DNA of 59,394 nt, filler included. It is 10 parts of 10 records of this genome, joined end to end, with 100 filler letters (N's around TTAATTAATTAA, not from the genome) between each part and the next. Parts side by side here need not be neighbours in the genome. Positions count along the whole stretch, not along the records: positions 27,144 to 32,445 come from SRR31147125_10497; positions 32,546 to 38,261 come from SRR31147125_10531; positions 38,362 to 43,447 come from SRR31147125_10565; 7 more parts are not named here. One strand, 5' to 3'. The position numbers and the translations under genes were made by a program. Below are positions 32,235-41,329 of the stretch, piece by piece. Each line of letters begins with the position of its first letter. The first letter of the stretch is position 1. The notes under the pieces were generated by a model. That model was not told the origin of the DNA and did not search any database. It saw only the letters and a list, made by a program, of their open reading frames with translations.

Positions 32235-32545
32235 ACTCCTTTTACAAAAACATTAAACATCAATGGTTCTATTACATGATAATTCTTTTAAAAGAAGAAA
32301 CAGATTCTACTATAAAACCTGCAACAGGAAACATATTTTTCGCATAAAGACCAGCCTCTGATCTTTATCAGCATAGATACGTTCTTTTTTCCTTTCTACC
32401 AGACCAGCTACAACCTTGATCTTTGGGTTGCTTTTAACTCTTTTTNNNNNNNNNNNNNNNNNNNNNNNNNNNNNNNNNNNNNNNNNNNNTTAATTAATTA
32501 ANNNNNNNNNNNNNNNNNNNNNNNNNNNNNNNNNNNNNNNNNNNN

Positions 32546-33400
32546 TTTTTTCCGACCATGGCGTTGGTAAATCCGGGGGATGAGGTGATCTATCCCGATC
32601 CGGGATTTCCCACCTATGAGGCCATGATCCGCTGCAGCGGCGGCGTCCCCGTGCCGGTGCCATTGGTTGAAGAGAATCAGTTCTCCTTTGATTTTGAGGC
32701 ATTTGCATCCTTGATTAACGAGAAGACAAAACTGATTGTGCTCAACTCCCCAAGCAATCCCACCGGGGGGGTGATTCCCGAGAAAGATCTTGACAGAATC
32801 GCGAAAGCGGCCATTGATTTTGATTGCTGGGTGCTTACCGATGAGATTTACTCCAACCTGGTCTATGATGTATCCGATGTTCCCAGTATTGCAGCGCTTC
32901 CCGGCATGGCAGACCGGACGATTATTGTGGATGGCTTCTCCAAAACATATGCCATGACCGGATGGCGCTTGGGATACATGATCACGCCGAAGGATCTGGC
33001 CGAGCGACTGGAGCTTCTCATGACCCATGCCGTGGGCTGCACCGCCACATTTACACAAGCTGCGGGGATTGAAGCGTTGAATACACCGCAAGAGCAGATC
33101 GATCAAATTGTAAAAACATTTAAAGAGCGCCGGGATCTCATGGTGGACGGGTTGAATTCGATTTCGGGTATTTCCTGTCAAAGTCCGCAAGGGGCGTTTT
33201 ACGTATTTCCGAACATCAAAGAGACCGGATACACTTCAAAGGCGTTTGCAGGCAAACTTCTCAATGAGGCAGGGGTGGCCTGTCTATCGGGTACGGATTT
33301 TGGAGTGCATGGGGAAGGATATTTGAGGCTTTGCTATGCGGTTTCAAAAGAGACTATCACCAATGCCCTTGAACGAATTGCCGGGTGCCTGAAGTCATGA
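32546..33400 (+). CDS. class I/II PLP aminotransferase (N-terminus cut)
   Basis: NSPSNPTG, TDEIY, FSKTYAMTGWRLG. Confidence 0.92.
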   Translation, partial: FFPTMALVNPGDEVIYPDPGFPTYEAMIRCSGGVPVPVPLVEENQFSFDFEAFASLINEKTKLIVLNSPSNPTGGVIPEKDLDRIAKAAIDFDCWVLTDEIYSNLVYDVSDVPSIAALPGMADRTIIVDGFSKTYAMTGWRLGYMITPKDLAERLELLMTHAVGCTATFTQAAGIEALNTPQEQIDQIVKTFKERRDLMVDGLNSISGISCQSPQGAFYVFPNIKETGYTSKAFAGKLLNEAGVACLSGTDFGVHGEGYLRLCYAVSKETITNALERIAGCLKS

Positions 33401-33442
33401 TGTCGATGTGATATGGAGGCACTACTCCGAAAATGAAGTGAG

Positions 33443-34675
33443 TCACGGTTCATCGATGTAAGTGCGAGCTGCCAGCTCCAATGGATGAATTGAACGAAGC
33501 GGCGAGTTGATATCTGCAAGATGGGATCTGATCTGAATCAGACAGCCCGGGCAGGGGGCGGTTACCAGTTGCGCGCCGCTGTCGGTGATGTTCCTTGCTT
33601 TAATTGCTCCTAATTGCTTGGACACTTCAGGATTTTTAAAGGCACATAACCCGCCGCCGCCACAGCAGTGATCCGCATCTTTCAGGGGACGTTGTTTCAA
33701 GCCGGGAAGCCGCTCCAAAAATCTTGCGACTGACGATTTTAATTGCATGCCACGATTCAGATGGCAGGGATTGTGAATGACAACAGATTGATTCAGGGCG
33801 TTTGGTCCTGATTTGAACGGTTTCAGGGCCGCTAAATATTCTGTCACATCCTTTACCCGTGTGGCAAGATCTTTTGCCGGCTTCTCAAGGGGATGGGGAT
33901 GGTCCATCCCCTTGGTGTATTCATTTTTCAATGTGTTTCCGCAGGTGGCGCAAAAGGTGAGCACCGGACGATCCCCTGCCAGCGCTTCCAGGTTTTTTCG
34001 GCGGTTTTCCATGGCGATATTGGAGTGGCCGCTCAAAAGAGCCGGCGCACCGCAACAGACCTGATTTTTGGGCAGATGAATCCGGATGCCGTTCTCCCGT
34101 AATACACGGATGGTCGCCATAAATGGCCGGGTATCCAGAAAGCCGAAAAAACAGCCGGGAAAAAGCGTGATTTCGTCTTGGAGAGCACGCCCCTTTAGCG
34201 GTTCGATGACTTCAGGCCACTCCGTGATCCTTTTTTGGGGATGGAGCTCCGGAATCCTTTTTTCATTAATGCCCAACAGATTCAGAGAAAACGCAAGGGA
34301 CGCCAATAATCCGCGGTTTCTCAGTGCCATTTTGAGACCCAGCGCTTCCAGTTTCAACCCGGCATGTTTATCATGACGGATCAATGTTGCTTTTTCCGAT
34401 TGAATCAGGTGGGCACCGTCAACCCCTTTTGGACAGGCATCGGCGCAGGCCAGGCACTGAAGACAAGAGTGAATGGCGGTTTCATACCTTTCTCCGGGAG
34501 AAAATTCTCCCGCTGCAACAGCCCGGATCAGATCCAGTCGTCCCCTTGGGGAGAGCGTCTCCACCCGTTCGATTTGGTATACGGGACAGACCGTCAGGCA
34601 ACGGCCGCAGCGTTCGCACTGGATGTCGGGAGTGAACGTCATCGTGGGTGTCGGTGTGGGTGTTGTGGATGTCAT
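33443..34675 (-). CDS. glcF: GlcF-like Fe-S subunit (two 4Fe-4S motifs + CCG domains)
   Basis: CERCGRCLTVCP, CLQCLACADACP, CCGAP, CCGGG. Confidence 0.85.
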   Translation of the reverse strand: MTSTTPTPTPTMTFTPDIQCERCGRCLTVCPVYQIERVETLSPRGRLDLIRAVAAGEFSPGERYETAIHSCLQCLACADACPKGVDGAHLIQSEKATLIRHDKHAGLKLEALGLKMALRNRGLLASLAFSLNLLGINEKRIPELHPQKRITEWPEVIEPLKGRALQDEITLFPGCFFGFLDTRPFMATIRVLRENGIRIHLPKNQVCCGAPALLSGHSNIAMENRRKNLEALAGDRPVLTFCATCGNTLKNEYTKGMDHPHPLEKPAKDLATRVKDVTEYLAALKPFKSGPNALNQSVVIHNPCHLNRGMQLKSSVARFLERLPGLKQRPLKDADHCCGGGGLCAFKNPEVSKQLGAIKARNITDSGAQLVTAPCPGCLIQIRSHLADINSPLRSIHPLELAARTYIDEP

Positions 34676-34688
34676 GGCCGTGTTCCGT

Positions 34689-36059
34689 TCAAAATCCGCA
34701 TTTTCCCGGATTCAAGATTGCGTTTGGATCCAGAAGCTGTTTCAACTCTCTTCCCAATGACCACTCCGTTGTCGATAACTCCTGCCCTAAATAGGCGGCT
34801 TTTTCCATTCCAATGCCGTGTTCGCCGGATAACGTTCCGGAGATTGAGAGAATAAAGGCGCACATCTTTTTTTCAGCGGTTTCAAACGCACTTTTTTGCA
34901 ATGGATCGTCAGGATCGTAGATAAACATGGGGTGGAGGTTGCCATCTCCGGCATGGGCAATGAGAACCATTTGGAGGCGGTGCTCCCGGCTGATGTTCTG
35001 AAGTCCGGAGATCCCTTTGACGATGTTCGACACAGGAACGGCAAAATCCAACGTCTGAAGGAATTTGGCATTTCGGACCAATGCGGCGGTTCCCCCTTTT
35101 CGTGCCTGCCAAAGACGCTCTCTGGCTTTTGGTGTCTCTGCAAAATCGAGAACCATTGCTCTTTGGCATGCTGATTTAAATCGTTTTTCCTGTGAAGGCC
35201 ATAACTCCGGGCCGTCATCGAACTCCACCAGCAGTGCCGCCTTAGAACCTTGGGGAAATTCAAGGCCGTAGACATCGGCAACGGTTGACAGAAAATCGGC
35301 ATCCATGAGTTCCATGGTGGATGGGGTCAACCGGGATTCAATCATGGCGGCCACGGTATCTGCCGCTTTTTCAAGGGTATCGAAATAGGCAAGGGCGGTT
35401 CTGGGGATGGCGGGCATGGGAATCAACTTGAGGGTGACCTCCGTGATGATGCCCAAAAGTCCTTCACTTCCGCAAAAGGCCCGCTTGAAGTCGAAACCGG
35501 AGACGCTTTTTACGCAGCGGTTCCCGGTTTTCAGGATGCGGCCGTCGCCAAGAACCAGGGTCAATTCCAGAATGTAATCTGCGGTGACGCCATATTTAAC
35601 TCCGCTTGCACCGCCGGCATTGGTGGCGATATTACCGCCAATGGTACAGTAATCGGCAGAAGTGGGGTTGGGAGGATAAAAGAGCCCCTTGGCAGCCACT
35701 TGAGACTGCAGATCCGCTGTCACCACTCCGGCTTGTGCCCGAACCAGGCGATCCACTGACGAAATCTCAAGAACGGTGTTCATCCGAGTCATGGCAATGA
35801 CGATACCGCCTTTTTGGGGGACCGGCCCTCCGGTCAGGCTGGTTCCGGCACCCCTGGGGGTGACGGCAATCCCGTGGCGATTGGCCACAGAGAGAATATG
35901 AGACACCTCTTTTGTGGACTCGGGTAAAACCACCAGATCCGGCAATCCCCTTGAGAAGAGGTCGAATGAGTAGGCTGTCAGATCCTCAGGGGCGTCCAGG
36001 CATCGCTTTGATCCCAGAAGATGTGTCAGTTCCGATAGGATTGACGCATTCATGTTCAT
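34689..36059 (-). CDS. glcD: GlcD-like FAD-linked 2-hydroxyacid dehydrogenase subunit
   Basis: PRGAGTSLTGG, TIGGNIATNAGG, HAGDGNLH, SGEHGIG; ATGA overlap with the upstream gene. Confidence 0.88.
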   Translation of the reverse strand: MNMNASILSELTHLLGSKRCLDAPEDLTAYSFDLFSRGLPDLVVLPESTKEVSHILSVANRHGIAVTPRGAGTSLTGGPVPQKGGIVIAMTRMNTVLEISSVDRLVRAQAGVVTADLQSQVAAKGLFYPPNPTSADYCTIGGNIATNAGGASGVKYGVTADYILELTLVLGDGRILKTGNRCVKSVSGFDFKRAFCGSEGLLGIITEVTLKLIPMPAIPRTALAYFDTLEKAADTVAAMIESRLTPSTMELMDADFLSTVADVYGLEFPQGSKAALLVEFDDGPELWPSQEKRFKSACQRAMVLDFAETPKARERLWQARKGGTAALVRNAKFLQTLDFAVPVSNIVKGISGLQNISREHRLQMVLIAHAGDGNLHPMFIYDPDDPLQKSAFETAEKKMCAFILSISGTLSGEHGIGMEKAAYLGQELSTTEWSLGRELKQLLDPNAILNPGKCGF

Positions 36060-37237
36060 GTGTTGAGTGGTCCTTTGTCTGGCGATTTCAACGTGATCAG
36101 GTAACGCTCCAGGCGATCCATGGCGTCTGTCAACCGATCCTCGGGAAGGGTGCAGGCGATCCGTATGCAGCCGTCGCACCCGTCTCCAAAGGCGTATCCG
36201 GGAACCACCACAAGCTTTTCCCGCGTCAGCAGGTCAATTGCAAATTCCCTGGAGTGAGTTGAGATGGCGCTGATGTCTGCAAAAATATAAAAACTGCCCT
36301 TGGGTCGAACCACTTTGAGTCCGGGCATGGATTCCAGACGACGGCAAACCCCTTGAACACGGGTTTCAAATGTGTCGGCCATCTGTCTCAGAACCGCATC
36401 ATCGAGATCCAATGCTGCAAGCGCCGCCCGTTGCCCGATGGATGAGGCGCAGGCAGTGGAGTAGTTCACTACTTTCAGCATCTGGGAAATGAGATGTTTC
36501 GGTCCATAACAGAATCCCACGCGCCACCCGGTCATGGCATAGGTCTTGGAAAATGAATTGACCACCAATGTCCGATCCGACATGCCGGGACGGGTGTAGA
36601 TGGAAGAGGGGAGATCTTGAAATGAGATTTTATCGTACACCTCATCGGAAATGACTGCCAAATCTCTCTTCACCGCAATGGTTGCGATGTCATCAAGCAC
36701 CTCTCCGGGAATGATGCTGCCGGTGGGGTTGTTGGGGGAGTTGAGTAAAATCACCTTTGTTTGGGGGGTGATGGCCGATTCAATGTGTTGAGGATCCGGG
36801 ATGAACCCCTCTTCGATCCGTGTGGCAATGGGAACGACAACGCCTCTGGCAAATGTGATGTGCGCCAGATAATCCGGAAAGTGGGGCTCCGGAAGTATCA
36901 CCTCATCCTTCGGCTCCAAAAGGGTTCTGAACGCTGCCGTCAATCCGCCCATGGCTCCGTGGGTCACAAGAATTGACGCCGGAGGAATGGACATGCCCAA
37001 ATTTTGACTCAGGGTTTGGGACAGCTTTGCCACCAGCTCCGGGTCTCCCTGGGAGTGGGTATAATGGGTATGACCGTTTTTGGCGTCTTCAAACGCTTTG
37101 GCCGTGATGACTGCCGGGGTATCGAAATCGGGCTCTCCGATCCCCAAGGAGATCACATCATCCATTCCGGCGGCCAATTGGCCCATCTCCCGAATGACGC
37201 TATATCTTAAATTGCTGATGCTTTGGGATAGTTTCAT
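36056..37237 (-). CDS. class I/II PLP aminotransferase
   Basis: LGIGEPDF, NSPNNPTG, SDEVY, FSKTYAMTGWRVG. Confidence 0.92.
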   Translation of the reverse strand: MKLSQSISNLRYSVIREMGQLAAGMDDVISLGIGEPDFDTPAVITAKAFEDAKNGHTHYTHSQGDPELVAKLSQTLSQNLGMSIPPASILVTHGAMGGLTAAFRTLLEPKDEVILPEPHFPDYLAHITFARGVVVPIATRIEEGFIPDPQHIESAITPQTKVILLNSPNNPTGSIIPGEVLDDIATIAVKRDLAVISDEVYDKISFQDLPSSIYTRPGMSDRTLVVNSFSKTYAMTGWRVGFCYGPKHLISQMLKVVNYSTACASSIGQRAALAALDLDDAVLRQMADTFETRVQGVCRRLESMPGLKVVRPKGSFYIFADISAISTHSREFAIDLLTREKLVVVPGYAFGDGCDGCIRIACTLPEDRLTDAMDRLERYLITLKSPDKGPLNT

Positions 37238-37255
37238 TTGATATTTTTTCTTTCC

Positions 37256-38261
37256 TTACAGATATCCCAGAAACTTGGGAATGAATAGAATAATGGCCGG
37301 ACAGTAGGTGATCAGCAAAAGCACAGCGATTTCAACGGCCAAAAAGGGGAGTACCGCTCGGATGACCTCTCCCAAGTCGATTTTTGTCACCCCGCAAACC
37401 ACAAAAAGACAGACCCCCAGAGGCGGGGTCAGAAGTCCGACGGCAATGTTGAGGACCATGACCAGACCAAAATGGAGAGGATCGATCCCCAGGGCATTGG
37501 TGACTCCGAGAAGCGTTGGCGCCAAAATGATAATGGCGGCCCCCCCTTCCAAAAACATGCCGATAAAGATCAAAAACAGGTTGATGATCATCAAAATGAT
37601 ATAGGGATTGTCAGTGAAAGCGGTCATGGCGCCGGCAATGCGTGTGGGGATCTGTTCGGACGTCAGCACCCAGGCAAAGATATTGGCCATGCCGATGATC
37701 AACAAAAGGACTGCCGTGGTCATGCCGCTTTCGACAAAAATAGCCCCCAAATCTTTAAATGTCAGCTCTTTATAAATAAATCGTCCAAGAATGAACGCAT
37801 AGAGAACTGCCACGGCAGCGGATTCCGTTGGTGTGAAGATGCCCCCCAAAATTCCGCCTAAAATGATGATCGGGGCCAGAAGGGCAGGGCCTGCTGATAT
37901 GAGTTCCCTAAATATGATGGGGGGACTGAGGGAAATGGTCTCCTTGGGAAAATGGTAGCGCACTGCCATGAGATAACTCAGCAGCATCATGGAGAGCCCC
38001 AACAGAAGTCCCGGTACGATTCCTGCGGCAAAGAGTCCGCCAATGGAGAGCCCGGTGGTGACCCCCATGAGTACCATGAGAATGGATGGCGGAATGATGG
38101 GTCCCATGGTGGAAGAGGCGGCGGTTACGGCAGCTGAGAATCCGGCAGGAAATCCTTTTCTGGTCATTCCCGGTACTAAGACGGTACCCATGGCAGCGGC
38201 ATCGGCAACGGCGGATCCCGAGATACCGCCAAAGAACATGGAGGCCAGGATATTGGTATGG
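37256..38261 (-). CDS. dctM: TRAP transporter large permease (N-terminus cut)
   Basis: GISGSAVADAA, IIPPS, FTPTESA, LTPPLG. Confidence 0.92.
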
Positions 38262-38361
38262 NNNNNNNNNNNNNNNNNNNNNNNNNNNNNNNNNNNNNNN
38301 NNNNNTTAATTAATTAANNNNNNNNNNNNNNNNNNNNNNNNNNNNNNNNNNNNNNNNNNNN

Positions 38362-38516
38362 AAAAGAACGATGAGAGAAACTGTAATGCTGATTGCCAAA
38401 AACAGATCCATTATCATTTTAGGAACTGGCAAAATCATCATCAAAATGATTCCGACAATCGCAATCGGCATGATGACATCAGTATGTTTTGTCAGTTTTT
38501 TTAGTATTTCAAGCAT
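38362..38516 (-). CDS. flhA: FlhA/SctV export-gate protein, N-terminal fragment
   Basis: DVIMPIAIVGIILMMILPVPKMIMDLFLAISI; flagellar versus injectisome type not resolvable. Confidence 0.75.
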
Positions 38517-38566
38517 CTTTTCCTCTGTTAGAAAATCGTACTTTTCACAAACCTGCGATACTAATA

Positions 38567-38583
38567 TGCAAATTAGGGGCCGA
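38567..38583 (-). promoter_or_regulatory. sigma-54 promoter for the flhA-like gene
   Basis: Minus strand TCGGCCCCTAATTTGCA, GG-N10-GC. Confidence 0.55.
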
Positions 38584-38817
38584 TTAATCACCCAGCCAAC
38601 TAGGCAGATTTTGCCTAGTTGGAAAATTTACAGAAATTTTCCAGTTTCTTGAACTTTCACAGCTTACATGCTAGATTGAAGCCGAAATTTGGTCGTATGG
38701 ATTAAAACCGTGTACAAAGTTGTCACAAGTGGTGAAAAGGTTACGGTGGTTTGAATGAAGTTGAGTAAGCAGGATAGATGTTTTGGGTTTTTGGTTTATA
38801 CAGAAAGAAAAGACTAT

Positions 38818-41130
38818 ATGAGATCGTCAGTTTTTTATATATTGTTGATATTACTAGTATTTTCCTTGTTAATGGCGTGTGAATCACAGAAGATCACAGC
38901 AGATGGTGGAGATGCTGAGGATGAATCAGGCGATCCGGTTTATTGCGTGAAGCTGGACAAAATCAACCCTCCGGTTCTTGTCATGCCAAGTGGAGTACGA
39001 TTTAATTTCAGGGTAAGAAGTTGTGATAATTCACCAGTTCGACAAATAAAGAGCGAAGAAATAGCAATCAAAGACAACAAAAGTGGCAATACTTTTGGGG
39101 AAGATGGTTACGGATCACGTTCCATGATCTGGCTTCCTCCTGAAATTGAAATATATACAACCGTGCTTCTTGATTTGTCCGATTCCAATGTAAAAAGCGG
39201 CATTTCGGGAACTATAGTTAGTGAAGCAAAAAAACTGATCGAAGAAATTGTCAATAAACCGGATGCTCCGTTAAAGCACAAAGTAGCCGTACAAGCATTT
39301 GGAGACTCCGAGAACATTAAAGATATCAGTAACTTCAGCGATGATACCTCCAAAATATATTCCGAACTGGACAAGCTTCACTCCTCAGGTGGTTTAGGTA
39401 AACGGGATTTATACAGTGCCTATATTAATGCTATAGAAACAATAGACGATCAGGCCAGAGACAAAAATTCAGTTGAACGCTATGTGATTGTAATTACAGG
39501 AGGATTGAATGAAACCGGCGATGAGCAATCACTTGCCCGACAAGCCGGAATTACTCTCGAAAGAACCAAATCAAGCGTTTTTATGATAGCTTTTGGCACT
39601 GATGATCAAAAAGAAACATACAAAAAGTTCACCTCGTATGACAAAGCGTTGAATTTGATCGAAACAGCAGGTGGTATCGAAACTTCGATAAAAAATATAG
39701 TAAACGACATGGATCTTTTGACTCGTGGAAATATCGTTATTGGAATATGCACCCCACAAAGAGGCCAAAAAGCAACCTCGCTTTTGAATGTCAATATGGA
39801 TAACGCCTCGGAATCACAAGCAATTTCTTACTATGTCAACCAATTCACCGGTTCAGCCGATGCTTGTGATCCTGAAGCTGTAGTCGATCCATGCAAGGTT
39901 AGAGATTGTGGACCAAGCGGAATTGTTGGAATAACTTGCGGAGAATGCAACGCCAATCAGACCTGTAACACGGCTGGAAAATGTGTGGGTAAAGGAATTG
40001 TTGATGGTGATGAAGACCTTGAAAAGGACAGAGATATTCCACCTGTAGTAGCCTGCGAAGGTGACTGCGATGCCAATGCCGGAGACACAACTTATTGCAC
40101 CGGTACCGATGTCTGCATGTGTAGCGGAGGAAAATGGGTGAGATTTTCTTGCATTGACGTTTGTGGAAAGCAGGGAAAATCATCCTCCGGTTGTGAGGAA
40201 GTTACCGAATTTGGATATCCATATTGCACATGCAAGGAGTTTGCTACATGTATTGGCAATTGCGACTACAGCAAACAGCCGGAATCATTTTGTGTAAACA
40301 GTGAAAGCATGTGCGCCTGCGACAAGGATAACAAATGGAAAATATCGGCTTGCAAGGATGTCTGCAAGGGATCCGAGTCTATCGGGTGCGGCTATGAAGC
40401 TTCTATCGGTATGGATTATTGCAACTGCAAAGAAGACCCGTCTTCAAAATGCAATGGAGAATGCGATCCTCAAAAAGACGAGATAAGTTATTGCGTGGAA
40501 AAGAATATGTGCATGTGCATCGGCTATCAATGGAATTATTATTCCTGCGAAGAATTATGCAAACTTTCGGGAAAAGAGGTTGAAGGCTGCGGTGATGTTG
40601 AAGGCTATGATTATCCTTACTGTAAATGCAAAAGCGCACCTGTAATCGATGGTGATACAGTTGACACTGATAAAGATGAACCACCGAAACCCGATGGCGA
40701 TACGACTCCTCCGGTGGATGGTGATACAGATACAGTTGACAAACGGCCATGTCCGGATGGACTTTCATGTATTTCTCCAGATGAGGTTGATTTGAAGCTT
40801 TGCTTAAACGCCAATGGTACTATACCGACAACTGCCAAGGAATGCACAAATAATGAAGACTGTGACGAAGCGAAAATTTGCCTGACTGCTGAAGGTGGCA
40901 AAAGATGTCTCGAATGGTGTGGCGAATGTCCTAATAATCTTGAATGCACAATGCTTGTGCAAGATATGGGTATTTATGGCTGTGTAGAAACTTCCGGAGG
41001 AGGAATATCTATTCCATCAGATGCCGAAGATTGCTCTTCTGATGGTATTTGTACAGGAAACGCTACATGTTATACTGTTGGAGGAAATGAACAGAAGTGC
41101 ATTTTCAACTGCACTGCCGATCATCGATAG
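38818..41130 (+). CDS. vWA-domain, cysteine-repeat lipoprotein
   Basis: Lipobox LMAC; MIDAS-like LLDLSDS and VITGG; three 10-Cys and two 8-Cys repeats; DGD linkers. Confidence 0.8.
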   Translation: MRSSVFYILLILLVFSLLMACESQKITADGGDAEDESGDPVYCVKLDKINPPVLVMPSGVRFNFRVRSCDNSPVRQIKSEEIAIKDNKSGNTFGEDGYGSRSMIWLPPEIEIYTTVLLDLSDSNVKSGISGTIVSEAKKLIEEIVNKPDAPLKHKVAVQAFGDSENIKDISNFSDDTSKIYSELDKLHSSGGLGKRDLYSAYINAIETIDDQARDKNSVERYVIVITGGLNETGDEQSLARQAGITLERTKSSVFMIAFGTDDQKETYKKFTSYDKALNLIETAGGIETSIKNIVNDMDLLTRGNIVIGICTPQRGQKATSLLNVNMDNASESQAISYYVNQFTGSADACDPEAVVDPCKVRDCGPSGIVGITCGECNANQTCNTAGKCVGKGIVDGDEDLEKDRDIPPVVACEGDCDANAGDTTYCTGTDVCMCSGGKWVRFSCIDVCGKQGKSSSGCEEVTEFGYPYCTCKEFATCIGNCDYSKQPESFCVNSESMCACDKDNKWKISACKDVCKGSESIGCGYEASIGMDYCNCKEDPSSKCNGECDPQKDEISYCVEKNMCMCIGYQWNYYSCEELCKLSGKEVEGCGDVEGYDYPYCKCKSAPVIDGDTVDTDKDEPPKPDGDTTPPVDGDTDTVDKRPCPDGLSCISPDEVDLKLCLNANGTIPTTAKECTNNEDCDEAKICLTAEGGKRCLEWCGECPNNLECTMLVQDMGIYGCVETSGGGISIPSDAEDCSSDGICTGNATCYTVGGNEQKCIFNCTADHR

Positions 41131-41329
41131 TAAATTCTAGTAGAGTTGGATCGAAATTCTCCTGCTTTTCAAGCAGATAGATTGTTTTTGGCTTAATTGT
41201 GCTTTAATTAAAAAAAGCATTGCCAAACTTGTACTTATTTGGTATCTATCACGTCTATTTATAGAACCGGAATGTACATTTACTAATAAGGTTTTGTTGT
41301 AATTTGTTAAACAGATTGGAGGACCAAGT

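Noticed and set aside
34640-34672. TPTPTPT low-complexity N-terminus of GlcF as a repeat element
   Set aside because: Short and imperfect; the start may simply be the downstream Met.
32490-38309. Numerous overlapping antisense ORFs here and elsewhere (e.g. 41597-42130, 31789-32256, 57199-57642)
   Set aside because: Shadows of well-supported genes, with no motifs or RBS.
41189-41202. Sigma-54 promoter before the triple DsbA gene
   Set aside because: GG-GC spacing is 9.
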